A stretch of DNA of 64,000 bases from an uncultured delta proteobacterium (GCA_963782055.1 CAWAIF010000003.1:3136001-3200000); one strand, 5' to 3'. Counted from the stretch's first letter, positions 1 through 10,531 are shown. Notes: a model not told the origin generated them from the sequence alone. Made by a program: numbers and translations.

Positions 1-34
1 GCTCCAAAATGCCGAGCGTGGTCGGGTCCATCGG

Positions 35-325
35 TCAGCTCTCCACGAAGGCCGGCACCGCGAAGCCGTCCTGCGCCGTGCGGGGCGCCTGGGAGAGGGC
101 GTCCTCGTGGGAGACGCCCGGCTTCACCTCGTCCGCGCGCCACGGGGCGGCTTCCGCGACGACGTGGGAGGTGGGCATCACGCCGGTGGTGTCGAGCTGG
201 TTCAGCTCCTCCACGTAGCGGACGATGGCGTCGAGGTCGGTGGCCATCTCGCCGATCTCCTCCTCCGTGAGGGAGAGGGAGGCGAGCTCGGCGACATGCT
301 TGATCTGGTCGCGGTCGATGGGCAT
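35..325 (-). CDS. gatC: Asp/Glu-tRNA amidotransferase subunit C
   Basis: 96 aa, IKHVAELASL...IVRYVEELNQLDTTGVMPTSH...RADEV...APRTAQDGFAVP, typical GatC pattern. Confidence 0.95.
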   Translation of the reverse strand: MPIDRDQIKHVAELASLSLTEEEIGEMATDLDAIVRYVEELNQLDTTGVMPTSHVVAEAAPWRADEVKPGVSHEDALSQAPRTAQDGFAVPAFVES

Positions 326-353
326 CGCGGGGAGGTTCTAGCCGGTTGGGGGA

Positions 354-602
354 TCAGGGGCCAGCGTCGGCGGGCGGTGGCGGTGTCGCGGGGGTCGGAG
401 GCGCGGAGGCGGACGCGGCCGCGGATGGGGCGGCGGTCGCGATGGGGGTCGGGGTCGGGGCCGGGGCCGCGGAGGGAACGGGGACGGTGACGGGGTCGGG
501 CTCGTACTCCGGCGGCGGACCGGAGGGCAGCCCCTTGGGGCCGCAGGCGAGCCCCGCAGCGAGGGCGGAGGCGAGCGCGAGGTAGGCTGGGCCGCGGTGC
601 AT
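354..602 (-). CDS. small Pro/Ala-rich lipoprotein
   Basis: ATG at 602; signal peptide with lipobox (AAGLAC), then [10 protein letters not shown] and a Pro-rich tail. Confidence 0.6.
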   Translation of the reverse strand: MHRGPAYLALASALAAGLACGPKGLPSGPPPEYEPDPVTVPVPSAAPAPTPTPIATAAPSAAASASAPPTPATPPPPADAGP

Positions 603-752
603 GGCCAGGACTCTACCCGCGCGCGCCGGCACCGGGGAGATCGTTCGCAGCGCCCCGCCTTGACGAACGGCCCGCCCCGTGCTTCCTTTCGCGCCCCTTC
701 GCTTCGCTTCGACCCAGAAAACACGGGGTCCCGGCTCGCCGCGCCCCCGAAA

Positions 753-859
753 ATCCACACGCTCCCCTCGCGCAAGGTCCGCACCCGGTGCAGTTCGCTT
801 CAAACGAAGCGCTGCTGGTGCAGACGGGGAGCGGAGGCCCAACCGAAAGGAATCGCGCC
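753..859 (+). promoter_or_regulatory. rpsB 5' leader (putative S2 autoregulatory RNA)
   Basis: CCACACGCTCCCC ... GGGGAGCGGAGGCCCAACC: complementary stem flanked by ACAC and GGAGGC..AACC motifs resembling known rpsB leaders; SD GAAAGGA before ATG 860. Confidence 0.55.
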
Positions 860-1705
860 ATGACCCAGTCTACTGAAACGAACGGGATGCCCCGCATGCC
901 GGGCGAGCTCCCGCTCCCCATCAAGACCCTCCTCGACGCCGGCGTTCACTTCGGCCACCAGACCAAGCGCTGGAACCCGAAGATGCGGCCCTTCATCTAC
1001 GGCGCCCGCAACGGGGTCCACATCATCGACCTCGACCAGACCGCGCGCCTCTTCGCGCGGGCCTACCAGTTCGTGACCGAGACGGTCTCGCGGGGCGGGC
1101 ACCTGCTCTTCATCGGCACCAAGCGCCAGGCCCAGGACATCGTCAAGGAAGAGGCGGCCCGCTCCGGCTCCTTCTACGTCGTCAACCGCTGGCTGGGCGG
1201 CACGCTCACCAACTTCCGCACCATCAAGCAGGGTCTGGACCGCATGCGCCAGCTCGAGCGCATGCGCGACGACGGCACCTACCAGCAGCTCCCGAAGAAG
1301 GAAGTGTCCCGCCTCGAGAAGGAGCGCGAGCGCTTCGAGAAGTACGTGGGCGGCCTCAAGAACATGAGCGCGCTGCCGGCGGCGGTGTTCGTCATCGACC
1401 CGTCGATGGAGACCATCGCGGTGCAGGAGGCCAAGAAGCTCGGCATCCCCATCATCGCGATCACCGACACCAACTGCGACCCGGACCTCATCGACTACGT
1501 CATCCCGGGCAACGACGACGCCATCCGGTCCATCAGGCTCATCACGTCGCGCGTCGCCGATGCCGCGCTCGAGGGCGCGCAGCGTCGCAAGGAGTACACC
1601 CCGCGCGAGGCGGAGCGCGGCCCCTCGGCCGACGTCTACCAGAGCCGCCGCGGCGCGCCGCATGGCGACCGCCCCGCCCCCGACAAGGGCCCCGGCACGA
1701 ACTGA
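860..1705 (+). CDS. rpsB: 30S ribosomal protein S2
   Basis: [46 protein letters not shown]. Confidence 0.98.
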   Translation: MTQSTETNGMPRMPGELPLPIKTLLDAGVHFGHQTKRWNPKMRPFIYGARNGVHIIDLDQTARLFARAYQFVTETVSRGGHLLFIGTKRQAQDIVKEEAARSGSFYVVNRWLGGTLTNFRTIKQGLDRMRQLERMRDDGTYQQLPKKEVSRLEKERERFEKYVGGLKNMSALPAAVFVIDPSMETIAVQEAKKLGIPIIAITDTNCDPDLIDYVIPGNDDAIRSIRLITSRVADAALEGAQRRKEYTPREAERGPSADVYQSRRGAPHGDRPAPDKGPGTN

Positions 1706-1862
1706 CTCTTCCGTGGCGCGCGGCGTCGTCGGCGTCGGCAGGTCGGGCCTCTCTCGCCCGTCTGTGTCTCGCCGGCGCCCGCCGCGCCGTCACTGTGGTC
1801 GGCCGACGGCCGGCCGACGGCCCGAAGGGCACGAAGACCGATTTCCAACCTGAGGTACGAAG

Positions 1863-2813
1863 ATGGCTGACATCACAGCAGCGATGATCAAGGAGCTCCG
1901 CGAGCGCACGCAGGCGGGGATGAGCGACTGCAAGGCCGCGCTCGTCGAGGCCGAGGGCGACATGGACAAGGCGGTCGAGGGGATCCTCAAGAAGGGGATC
2001 GTCAAGGCCGCGGCCCGCGCCGGCAAGGTCGCCGCCGAGGGCGAGGTCCGCACGCTGGTGTCCGACGACAGGAAGAAGGGCACGATCGTCGAGGTCAACT
2101 GCCAGACCGACTTCGTCGCGCGCGACGAAAACTTCAAGAGCTTCGTCGGCAAGGTGCTCGAGGTGGCCGCCGCCCAGAGCGCTGGCGCCGACCTCGCCGG
2201 GCAGAAGTACCCCGGCAGCGCCCAGACGGTGGACGAGTTCCGCAAGGAGCTCATCGCCAAGACCGGCGAGAACATGGTGCTCCGTCGCTGGGGCCGCGTG
2301 GAGGCCAAGGGCGCGGGCGGCATCGTCCACTCCTACATCCACATGGGCGGCAAGCTCGCCGTGCTGCTCGAGGCCCACGCCCCGAGCGACGCGGCCGCCA
2401 AGGACAAGGACTTCGTCGAGTTCGTCGACAACTGCGCGATGCAGATCGCAGCGATGAACCCGCGCGTCGTGTCCAAGGAGCAGCTCGCCGACGCCGACGT
2501 GGCCAAGCAGAAGGAGATCTTCCTCGCGCAGATGCACGAGGAGAAGGCCGCCGGCACGCTCAAGGCGCCGGAGGCGGCGTGGCCCAAGATCGTCGACGGC
2601 AAGGTGAACAAGTGGTTCACCGAGGTCACCCTCCTCGGCCAGGACAGCGTCACCACGCCGGGCAACTCGGTCGACAAGCTCCGCCAGGAGCTCGGCAAGA
2701 AGCTGGGCGGCGAGGTGAAGCTCACCAGCTTCGTGCGATACGAGCTGGGCGAGGGCATCGAGAAGAAGAAGGACGACCTCGCCGCCGAGGTCGCCAAGAT
2801 GACGGGGGCCTGA
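1863..2813 (+). CDS. tsf: translation elongation factor Ts
   Basis: IKELRERTQAGMSDCKAAL, EVNCQTDFVAR, RYELGEGIEKK; directly follows rpsB. Confidence 0.98.
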   Translation: MADITAAMIKELRERTQAGMSDCKAALVEAEGDMDKAVEGILKKGIVKAAARAGKVAAEGEVRTLVSDDRKKGTIVEVNCQTDFVARDENFKSFVGKVLEVAAAQSAGADLAGQKYPGSAQTVDEFRKELIAKTGENMVLRRWGRVEAKGAGGIVHSYIHMGGKLAVLLEAHAPSDAAAKDKDFVEFVDNCAMQIAAMNPRVVSKEQLADADVAKQKEIFLAQMHEEKAAGTLKAPEAAWPKIVDGKVNKWFTEVTLLGQDSVTTPGNSVDKLRQELGKKLGGEVKLTSFVRYELGEGIEKKKDDLAAEVAKMTGA

Positions 2814-2828
2814 GGCCGGGCGGCGGTG

Positions 2829-3758
2829 ATGCGGCTCTGCGCCCTCAGCGTCGATCTGGACGAGATCCCCAACTACTTCGCCATCCACGGGCTGGAGCCG
2901 TCGCCGCGCGCGTCCCTCACCGCGGTCTACGACGTCGCGGTCGACAGGCTCCTCGACTTCGCCCGGGAGAACGCCCTCCCTCTCACCCTCTTCGCCATCG
3001 GGTCCAATCTCGTGCGCGAGGCGGCCGCGCTGCGCCTCCGCGCGGCCGCCACCCTCGGGCACGAGATCGCCAACCACACCCTCGACCACCGCTACGACCT
3101 CACGCGGATGGACCGCGCCGGGATCGTGGAGCAGATCCGGGGTGGCGCCGACGCCATCGAGGCCGCGACGGGCGAGCGGCCCTACGGCTTCCGCGCGCCG
3201 GGCTACACCATCACCGACGAGGTCTTCGACGTCCTGCGCGAGATGGACGTCGCCTACGACTCGTCGGTGTTCCCTTGCCCCTCGTACTACGCGGCCAAGG
3301 CGCTCTCCATCCAGATGTACCGCGCGCGCGGCCGCGAGAGCCGCTCGGTGGTCGACACGCCCAACGTGCTCCGCGCGCCGACGCGGCCGTACTTCGTCGG
3401 GCGGCCGTACTACAAGCGCGGCGAGGGCGGAGGGGAGCGCCCGCTGCTGGAGGTGCCCGTCCAGGTCACACCCAGGCTGCGACTGCCCTTCATCGGCACC
3501 TCGGTGACGATGGCCGGGCCCGCCGGCGCGCGGCGGCTTGCGCGCATGTGCGTGGGCGAGCCGCTGGTGAACCTGGAGCTGCACGGCATCGACGTGCTGG
3601 ACGAGCACGACGGCCTGGAGGAGCTGCGCCCGCACCAGCCGGACGTGCGCGTGGCGAAGGAGCGCAAGCTGGCGGCGATCCGCGCCGTCGTGCAGGAGCT
3701 CCGGGCGGAGGGCTACGCCTTCGTGACGATGCGCGAGGCCGCGGCGCAGTTCGTTTGA
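2829..3758 (+). CDS. polysaccharide deacetylase family protein
   Basis: SVDLD, GHEIANHTLDH, GFRAPGY, YDSS motifs of the CE4/NodB-like family. Confidence 0.85.
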   Translation: MRLCALSVDLDEIPNYFAIHGLEPSPRASLTAVYDVAVDRLLDFARENALPLTLFAIGSNLVREAAALRLRAAATLGHEIANHTLDHRYDLTRMDRAGIVEQIRGGADAIEAATGERPYGFRAPGYTITDEVFDVLREMDVAYDSSVFPCPSYYAAKALSIQMYRARGRESRSVVDTPNVLRAPTRPYFVGRPYYKRGEGGGERPLLEVPVQVTPRLRLPFIGTSVTMAGPAGARRLARMCVGEPLVNLELHGIDVLDEHDGLEELRPHQPDVRVAKERKLAAIRAVVQELRAEGYAFVTMREAAAQFV

Positions 3759-3812
3759 AACGATAGTCCGCGGCGCTCAACTTCGCCGGCGGTCTCGCGT
3801 AGCATCGCTGTC

Positions 3813-5936
3813 GTGGCGCCCTCCTCACGCATCGGCGAGGTCATCGTGTACCGGCAAGGGGCGCGGGTGACGCGCGTCGTGCCCGTCCTCGCCGCGGGCG
3901 AGCTGCGCGTGGGGCCACTGCCGCTCTGCCTGGAGGACGGCTCGGTGCGCGTGCGCGTGGAGGGCGAGGGCGTGCGCGCGCTGGACGTTCGGGTGGCGCT
4001 CGCCGTCGCGCCCGCGGACGCATCGCTGCCGCCGGCCGATGACGAGGCGCTCCGGGCGGCGCGGCGGCACGCCGAGACGCTGCGATCCGAGCTGGAGCGG
4101 CTGAACCGCGCCCACGATCGGCTGCAGGCGCTCGAGATGCTGCCGCGCCCCAAACCGAAGGCGGGCGAGGCGCCTCTCGGCGTTCCCCTGGACTCGCGCC
4201 TGGCGCTCCTGGCCCTGCGCGGCGCGGAGTCGGAGCGCATCGAGCGCGAGCGCTCTCGCATCCGGGAGGAGCTGTCGCAGGCCGATCACGCGCTCGCCGA
4301 GGCGGAGGATCGCCACCGGCGCACATCGACGCAGCGCAGCGCGCGGGAGCACGCCCTCTGCAAGGAGGCTGTGGTGCGGCTGGAGGGCGCGCCGTCGTCG
4401 GGGTCGACGCTCTCGCTCGAGTACGTGGTGCCGGGCGCGCGATGGAGCCCTGCCTACGCGCTGACGCTGGACGCCGAGGGCCGGGCGCCGGCGCGGCTGG
4501 AGATGCGCGCGCTCGTCGCGCAGCGCACCGGCGAGGACTGGAGCGGCGCGAGGCTGGTGCTCTCCACCGCCGACCCGGACAGGTTCGTGGAGCTGCCCGA
4601 GCTGCCCAGGCTGCGTATCGGGCGGGCGCAACCGCCCCCGGCGCGACGGGGGTTTCGCGCGCCGCCGGAGGGTGCCGAGGCGCTCTACGCCGATTACGAC
4701 GCGGCGTTCGGCTCTCGCACGGAGGAGGCGCCGGAGACGACCCCGGCGACCGCCGCCGCGGTTGGATCGCGAGGGGGCTTCGGCGGGGCGCCGGGGGAGT
4801 CGTTTCAAACGAATGACGCGGAGGCCGGGCTGGAGCTGGCCGCGGTGGCCGGCATCATGGATGAGCAATCACTCCCCCCGCCGGCGCCTCCTCCTCCTCC
4901 GCTGGCGGCGGCGCCCGCGCGGGCGATGAGGGTGCGGGCGGGGACGCTCGAGAAGTCGTCCGGGCCGTCGCTGGGCGGGGTGGTGCCGCAGGGCGCCGCC
5001 GACATCCCCGCGTATCCCCGTGCCGAGCCGGCGATCCTGCGTCCCGCCGCGCCTGACCTGGACCTGGAGGCGCTCGCCTTCGCGCGGCTGCGCATGGCCT
5101 CTGCCGACGGCGAGGGACGGGGGGAGCTGCGCGCGGTGACGTGGTCGTCGGCGTACGTGGAGGACCTGGGGGGAGTCGTCACGGTGGACGTCGTGTCGGC
5201 GGTGCGCGTCGCCTTCGGCCGCGCGCAGGAGATCGGCGCGCCGCCGCCGGGGCACGAGACGGCGTCGGCCCCCGACGGCTTCTACGACGCCTACGCGGCG
5301 GACCTGCCGTGCGACGTGCCGTCCGACGGCGCCTTCCACGCGGTGCCGGTGACGGCGTACGAGGCGCCCGGCGCGATCCGATACGTGACCGTCCCGCGCG
5401 AGGGACCGGAGGTCTACCGCGTGCTGGAGCTGCAGAGCCCGCTCTCGGGATCGCTGCTGCCCGGTCCTGTGGACATCTACGAGCGCCGGGACGAGCAGGT
5501 GACCTTCCTGCTGACGGCGCGTGTGGATGCCGCGCCTCCCCGGGCGGAGGTGCGCCTGGGGCTCGGCGTGGAGCAGTCGGTGAAGGTGGCGCGCAACACG
5601 ACCTTCACCGAGCAGACCAAGGGCTTGCTCGGCGGGGGCCTCTCGCTGGTGCATGACGTGGAGGTGGACGTGCAGAACCGGCTCGCCCGGCCGGTGACGG
5701 TGGAGGTGCGCGAGCGGGTGCCGGTCCGCGCCAACGAGGAAGACGACGCGGTCGAGGTGGAGATGGGGACCGTGGCCCCGGCGTGGGAGCGCTGGGATCA
5801 GGAGAAGACCCTGCGGGGTGGGCGCCGCTGGGTGGTGGAGGTCGGCGCGCGCGCGTCGCGCAAGCTCTCCGCCCGCTACACCGTGCGCATCGCCTCCAAG
5901 CACGAGCTGCGCGGCGGCAACCGGAGGGAGTCGTGA
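3813..5936 (+). CDS. DUF4140/DUF4139 (MuiA-like) protein
   Basis: N-terminal VIVYRQGARVTR, coiled coil, LEYVVPGARWSPAY, QRTGEDWSGARLVLSTA, VPSDG, LGLGVE, ERVPV. Confidence 0.8.
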   Translation: MAPSSRIGEVIVYRQGARVTRVVPVLAAGELRVGPLPLCLEDGSVRVRVEGEGVRALDVRVALAVAPADASLPPADDEALRAARRHAETLRSELERLNRAHDRLQALEMLPRPKPKAGEAPLGVPLDSRLALLALRGAESERIERERSRIREELSQADHALAEAEDRHRRTSTQRSAREHALCKEAVVRLEGAPSSGSTLSLEYVVPGARWSPAYALTLDAEGRAPARLEMRALVAQRTGEDWSGARLVLSTADPDRFVELPELPRLRIGRAQPPPARRGFRAPPEGAEALYADYDAAFGSRTEEAPETTPATAAAVGSRGGFGGAPGESFQTNDAEAGLELAAVAGIMDEQSLPPPAPPPPPLAAAPARAMRVRAGTLEKSSGPSLGGVVPQGAADIPAYPRAEPAILRPAAPDLDLEALAFARLRMASADGEGRGELRAVTWSSAYVEDLGGVVTVDVVSAVRVAFGRAQEIGAPPPGHETASAPDGFYDAYAADLPCDVPSDGAFHAVPVTAYEAPGAIRYVTVPREGPEVYRVLELQSPLSGSLLPGPVDIYERRDEQVTFLLTARVDAAPPRAEVRLGLGVEQSVKVARNTTFTEQTKGLLGGGLSLVHDVEVDVQNRLARPVTVEVRERVPVRANEEDDAVEVEMGTVAPAWERWDQEKTLRGGRRWVVEVGARASRKLSARYTVRIASKHELRGGNRRES

Positions 5937-7459
5937 GCGCGGCCGCCGTGGCGCAGACGCGCGTGGAGGAGGTGACCCTCAGCGAGGACCGCGCACACGT
6001 GGTGCGCCGGGGGAAGGCGATGCTGCCCGCGGGCGTGGGGCAGCTGGTGGTGGAGGGGGTGGCGCCGGTGCTCGCGGACAAGACGCTGCGCGTGACGGTG
6101 GCGGGCGCGCGGGTGGGCGTGGTCAAGGTGGAGCGGCGGCGCGAGCTGGTCATCCCGGAGCAGAAGGCGCGCACCGAGGTGCAGGCGCTGGACGCCGAGC
6201 TGGAGAAGCTCGGACGCGAGGCCGGGATGCTGGCGGCGCAGGTGCGTCGCCTGGAGACGGAGGTCGGGCTGGCGGAGGAGGGCGCGCGGCGTGTCCTGGC
6301 AGAGCTCGCCGAGGACGCCGCGCGCGGGGACCTGCCGGCGGACGCGTCGCGCCTGGCCGCGGCGTTCGAGGCGGGCGAGAAGAGGGCCCGCGCGGCGCTG
6401 GTGGAGGCGCGGGAGACGTCGGGCGACGTCGTCGACACCCTCGCGCGCCTGCGTGCGCGGCGCGCGGCGAAGGGGGCGGAGCGCAGCGAGACGCGGGCGA
6501 GCGTCCTGGTGACCGTGTCCGCCGACCGCGCGGGCGAGGCGGACGTGACGGTGGAGTACGTCGTGCCCGGCGCGTGCTGGCGCCCGCAGCACACGGCGAT
6601 CCTCGGCGAGCGCGTGCGCGTGGAGACCGACGCGTGCGTGTGGCAGGCCACCGGGGAGGCGTGGGAGGACGTGCGGCTGCGCGTGTCGACGGAGCGGCCG
6701 TCGCTGGGCACCTCGCCGCCGCGGCTCGCCGATGACCGGCTACAGGTGCAGCGCAAGGCGGAGGTCCTGCGCGTGGAGGCGCGCGATCAAGATGTGCAGA
6801 CCGCGGGCCTGGGCGGGCGCGCGCGCGTGCCGGGCATCGACGACGGCGGCGAGGTGCGGGTGATCGAGGCGGCGCGACGGGCGACGGTGCCCTCCGACGG
6901 CCGCCCTCACCGCGTGCGGCTCGGCGCGTTCGACGCCGACGTGACGACGAGCGTGGTGGCGATGCCGGAGATCGCCGCGGCGGCGGTGCTGCGCGGCGTG
7001 ACGAGCAACGCGGGGACGCTCCCTGTCCTCGCCGGTCCGGTGGACCTCGTTCGCGGCGGAGGCTTCGCCGGGCGCGCCAAGGTCGGCTTCGTCGCGCCCG
7101 GAGAGCGGTTCGAGCTCGGGTGGGGACCGGACCCGCACCTGCGTGTCCGCCGCGAGGCGAGCGCCGTTGACGAGGAGCCGGGGCTGCTGCCCTCGAGCTG
7201 GATCGGCAGGCGGCACGAGGTGCGCGTCACGCTCTCCAACCTGGACAGCACGCCCCGCAGCGTGGAGGTGGTGGAGCGCGTGCCCGTCTCGGAGGTGGAG
7301 AAGGTGCAGATCGACGTGGACGAGAAGCACACCTCGCCGCGCGCGCGGCCGGACGCGGACGGCTTCGTGCGCTGGACGGTGGAGCTACCCCCGCGCGGCC
7401 ACGCCGAGATCGCGCTCTGCTACGTCGTGCGCCGTCACAAGGATGTCGCCGGCGTCTGA
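5933..7459 (+). CDS. DUF4140/DUF4139 (MuiA-like) protein, paralog
   Basis: GTGA overlap with the upstream gene; VTLSEDRAHVVR, EYVVPGACWRP, WQATGEAWEDVRLRVST, VPSDG, ERVPVSE. Confidence 0.8.
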   Translation: MSAAAVAQTRVEEVTLSEDRAHVVRRGKAMLPAGVGQLVVEGVAPVLADKTLRVTVAGARVGVVKVERRRELVIPEQKARTEVQALDAELEKLGREAGMLAAQVRRLETEVGLAEEGARRVLAELAEDAARGDLPADASRLAAAFEAGEKRARAALVEARETSGDVVDTLARLRARRAAKGAERSETRASVLVTVSADRAGEADVTVEYVVPGACWRPQHTAILGERVRVETDACVWQATGEAWEDVRLRVSTERPSLGTSPPRLADDRLQVQRKAEVLRVEARDQDVQTAGLGGRARVPGIDDGGEVRVIEAARRATVPSDGRPHRVRLGAFDADVTTSVVAMPEIAAAAVLRGVTSNAGTLPVLAGPVDLVRGGGFAGRAKVGFVAPGERFELGWGPDPHLRVRREASAVDEEPGLLPSSWIGRRHEVRVTLSNLDSTPRSVEVVERVPVSEVEKVQIDVDEKHTSPRARPDADGFVRWTVELPPRGHAEIALCYVVRRHKDVAGV

Positions 7460-7499
7460 CCCGTAGCACTCGCCCCTCGCTCGCCAGGGCAAGGGCGCG

Positions 7500-8453
7500 T
7501 CAGAAGACCTCGTGCTTGACGGGGGGCTTGGCGGTGCCGCCGCCGGTGTTCGGGGAGTGCAGCAGGCCGCCGGCGCCGGCGCCGCGCTTCTTGTACGTAC
7601 CCTTCATGAACTTCCCCAGCACCGGGGCCACGTTGGCGGCGGTGTTGTCGTCCCACTCGTCGCCGCTGATGGAGTCGACGATGGCCATGGTGTCATCGAA
7701 GCGGAAAAACCAGGGGAGGCCGGGCTTGTCCATCGCCATGCCGGGCAGGTCGTTGTGGAACTCGTCCACGTCCACGCGGACCACGCTCACGTCGGCGAGC
7801 ACGCGCTGCATCTTCGGGTCGGGGAAGGTGGCGAAGACCTCGTCGCAGGAGGTGCAGTCCTCCTGCGTGGTGACGACGAGCATCTTGTCCCCGCGTTCCT
7901 TCGCGGAGGCGAACTCCAGCGCGATCTGCGTCCGGAGCGACCCGCCGGAGTGCTTCAAATCCGTCACGTGGATGAGGCCGGCGTAGGGGATGGGCGTGTA
8001 GGTGCCGCCGCCGGTGGGCGTCGTCGTCGCGGTGCTCGTCGCGGTGGGCGTGGGGTAGTACGCAGGCGGGGGCGGCGTGTAGGTCGGGTATTTCGGCGTG
8101 GTCGCGACCGCGGTGCCGATGATGGCGATGTAGAAGATGGCGTAGGCGATCGTGGCGACGGTGCTGAGGCCCCCGGTGACCATGCCGGCGATGGCGAGGC
8201 CCTCGCCGCCGAGCGCGCCACCGGAGCGGGCGATGTCCCGCTTGGAGAGGGCGCCCAGGATGATGGCGGGGATGCCGGTGAGCGCCCCGCCGCAGCAGAC
8301 CATGCTCAGGATGCCGAGCACGAGGGACGCCACAGCCTTGCCATCGTTGCTGACGGGCGGCGTGTAGATCGGCCCGGGCATCATGGGGGGGCCCATCGGC
8401 GGGCCCATGGGGGGGCCCATGGGAGGTGGCTGCGGGTACGGTCCGGGGGCCAT
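7500..8453 (-). CDS. DUF4190 membrane protein with C-terminal thioredoxin-like domain
   Basis: PPMG repeats; KAVASLVLGILS...GIPAIILG...GEGLAIAG (DUF4190 pattern); CTSC and VRVDVD..GLPWF (thioredoxin-like). Confidence 0.7.
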   Translation of the reverse strand: MAPGPYPQPPPMGPPMGPPMGPPMMPGPIYTPPVSNDGKAVASLVLGILSMVCCGGALTGIPAIILGALSKRDIARSGGALGGEGLAIAGMVTGGLSTVATIAYAIFYIAIIGTAVATTPKYPTYTPPPPAYYPTPTATSTATTTPTGGGTYTPIPYAGLIHVTDLKHSGGSLRTQIALEFASAKERGDKMLVVTTQEDCTSCDEVFATFPDPKMQRVLADVSVVRVDVDEFHNDLPGMAMDKPGLPWFFRFDDTMAIVDSISGDEWDDNTAANVAPVLGKFMKGTYKKRGAGAGGLLHSPNTGGGTAKPPVKHEVF

Positions 8454-8492
8454 CGCCCGCATCTTACGTCAAGGCGGCGGGCGACGCTTCCT

Positions 8493-9278
8493 TCAACCTT
8501 GCGGGCCGGGCCGGGGCGGGGGCACCTGGTGCAGGGTGACACCCGACTGGTGGAAGAAGTGGCGGGCGTCCTCGTTGTCGCCGTAAGCGAGCTCCTCCGG
8601 CGTGCCGCGCGCCACGATCTCCCCGCGGATGAGGAGGATGGCCTGGTGGGCGATGCGGAAGCAGCTGGCGATGTCGTGCGAGATGACGATGCTCGTCACG
8701 TTGAAGCGCTCGCGCATCTCCTCGATCATGTCGTCGACCACCCGGCTGGTCAGCGGGTCCAGGCCGCTCGTCGGCTCGTCGTAGACCAGGATGGGGGGCT
8801 CCAGCATGAGCGCGCGGGCGAGCCCCACGCGCTTGCGCATGCCGCCGGAGAGCTGCGCGGGGAACTTGTGGATCACGTCGGCGTCCAGGCCGAGCAGGCG
8901 CAGCTTCTCCACGACGCGCTCGGTGATCTCCTTCTGCTTGAGCTTGGTGTGCTCCACGAGCGGAAAGGAGACGTTCTCCAGCACGGTGCAGGAGTCGAGC
9001 AGCGCGGCGTACTGGTAGACCATCCCGAACTTGCGGCGCACGCGGTTGAGCTCGCGCTCGCCCATGCCGACGATGTTCTCGCCGTCGATGAGGATCTTGC
9101 CCTCGGTGGGCTGCTCCAGCGCGACGATGAGACGCAGCAGGGTGGTCTTGCCGGCGCCCGACCCGCCGATGACGACGGTGGTCTCCGCGCGGCGGGCGAC
9201 CATGTCGATCCCCTTCAGGACGGCGGAGTCGCCGTAGACCTTCTTGACGCCCTCGAGGACGACGATCTCGTCAGTCAT
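8493..9278 (-). CDS. ABC transporter ATP-binding protein (MlaF/Mkl-like)
   Basis: GGSGAGKT, LSGGMRKRVGLARAL, YDEPTSGLDP, SHD. Confidence 0.9.
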   Translation of the reverse strand: MTDEIVVLEGVKKVYGDSAVLKGIDMVARRAETTVVIGGSGAGKTTLLRLIVALEQPTEGKILIDGENIVGMGERELNRVRRKFGMVYQYAALLDSCTVLENVSFPLVEHTKLKQKEITERVVEKLRLLGLDADVIHKFPAQLSGGMRKRVGLARALMLEPPILVYDEPTSGLDPLTSRVVDDMIEEMRERFNVTSIVISHDIASCFRIAHQAILLIRGEIVARGTPEELAYGDNEDARHFFHQSGVTLHQVPPPRPGPQG

Positions 9279-9343
9279 GGCTTTTCGCGCGCCGCGAAGT
9301 GTGTCACATCCATGCGCCGGATCCAGTCCACAGGCCCGTGCCC

Positions 9344-9625
9344 ATGACACAAGACCACCTCGACGCCATTCTCAAGACCTTTCAGCTCAAGGCCGACAAG
9401 GAGGGTTACTTCGTCCTGCCCGAGGGGACGACGATGACCATCCACGCCGCTCACGGTGGGGCCAGCCTCACGCTCTCGCGCATCGAGGCGGTGCGCGCGG
9501 ACAACGGGCTGGTCTACGCGCGGACGCCCAAGCGCGAGCTCTTCGCCGTCGCGCGGGACGACGTGTTCGCGGTGTCGGTGGACTCGCAGCCGGGGCAGCC
9601 GGCTCGACGGCCCGGCTTCGGGTGA
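9344..9625 (+). CDS. hypothetical protein
   Basis: 93 aa, GC3-rich codon usage, stop overlaps the next start (GTGA). Confidence 0.7.
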   Translation: MTQDHLDAILKTFQLKADKEGYFVLPEGTTMTIHAAHGGASLTLSRIEAVRADNGLVYARTPKRELFAVARDDVFAVSVDSQPGQPARRPGFG

Positions 9626-10494
9626 CCCTGGCGCTGCGGCCGCCGTCGCGGCTGCTCGGCGCCGTGGCGCACGGCGCCGGCGCGCTCGCCTGGGACGACC
9701 TGCCGGTCTGCGGGGCGGCGATCGGCGCGCTGGTGGGCGGGCTGCTGCGCGTGCGCAGGGCGCACGTGGAGGCGGCGATGGAACGCGCCGGCGTGGCGGA
9801 CGCATCAGCCGTGGCGGCAGGGATGTACCGGTCGCTCGCCACCGGCCTGCTGGAGCTGCTCTGGGTGATGCGGCGGCCGGAGGAGGCGCGACGCCGGGCG
9901 GTGCTCGGCGACGACACCGCGGCGACGCTGCGGGGCGCCATGCGGGGCGAGAGGGGCTTCGTGCTGGCGGCGTCGCACACCGGCAACTGGGACCTCGCGG
10001 CCTGCGGCCTCGCCTCGCGCGTGCCCTTGCTGGTGGTCACCAAGCGCCTGTCGATGGGCTCGCTGGACGCTCTGTGGCAGAGCTCGCGCGCGCGGATGGG
10101 CGTGCGTCTGACCGGGGCGGCGGGCGCGCTCCGGCGGGGCAGGGCGATGGTGGAGGCCGGCGGCGCGGTCGCGATGATGATCGATCAGGTGCCCGCGCGT
10201 CGCCGCCACGCGGTGCGCGCGGTCTTCCTCGGCGCCCCCGCGTGGGTGGACCGCTCGCCCGCGACGCTCGCCGCGCGCGCGGGGGTGCCGCTCGTCGTCG
10301 GCGCCTCCCGGCGGGACGAGCGCGGCGTGCAGCGGCTGGAGGTGCTGGAGGTGGTCGATCCCCCGCGCGCGGCCGCGGATGCGTGGATCCGGGAGGCGAC
10401 CCTCCGCGCGACCGCCGCGCTCGACGCCTTCGTCCGCGCGCACCCCACCCAGTGGCTGTGGATGCACCGGCGCTGGAAGGACCCGCCCGCGTAG
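9622..10494 (+). CDS. LpxL/HtrB-family (lysophospholipid) acyltransferase
   Basis: HTGNWD, MIDQ, FLG, PTQWLWMHRRWK. Confidence 0.85.
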   Translation: MTLALRPPSRLLGAVAHGAGALAWDDLPVCGAAIGALVGGLLRVRRAHVEAAMERAGVADASAVAAGMYRSLATGLLELLWVMRRPEEARRRAVLGDDTAATLRGAMRGERGFVLAASHTGNWDLAACGLASRVPLLVVTKRLSMGSLDALWQSSRARMGVRLTGAAGALRRGRAMVEAGGAVAMMIDQVPARRRHAVRAVFLGAPAWVDRSPATLAARAGVPLVVGASRRDERGVQRLEVLEVVDPPRAAADAWIREATLRATAALDAFVRAHPTQWLWMHRRWKDPPA

Positions 10495-10531
10495 TCGTCG
10501 CACGGACGTGGGCGTGGCCGGCCCTTCGCCG

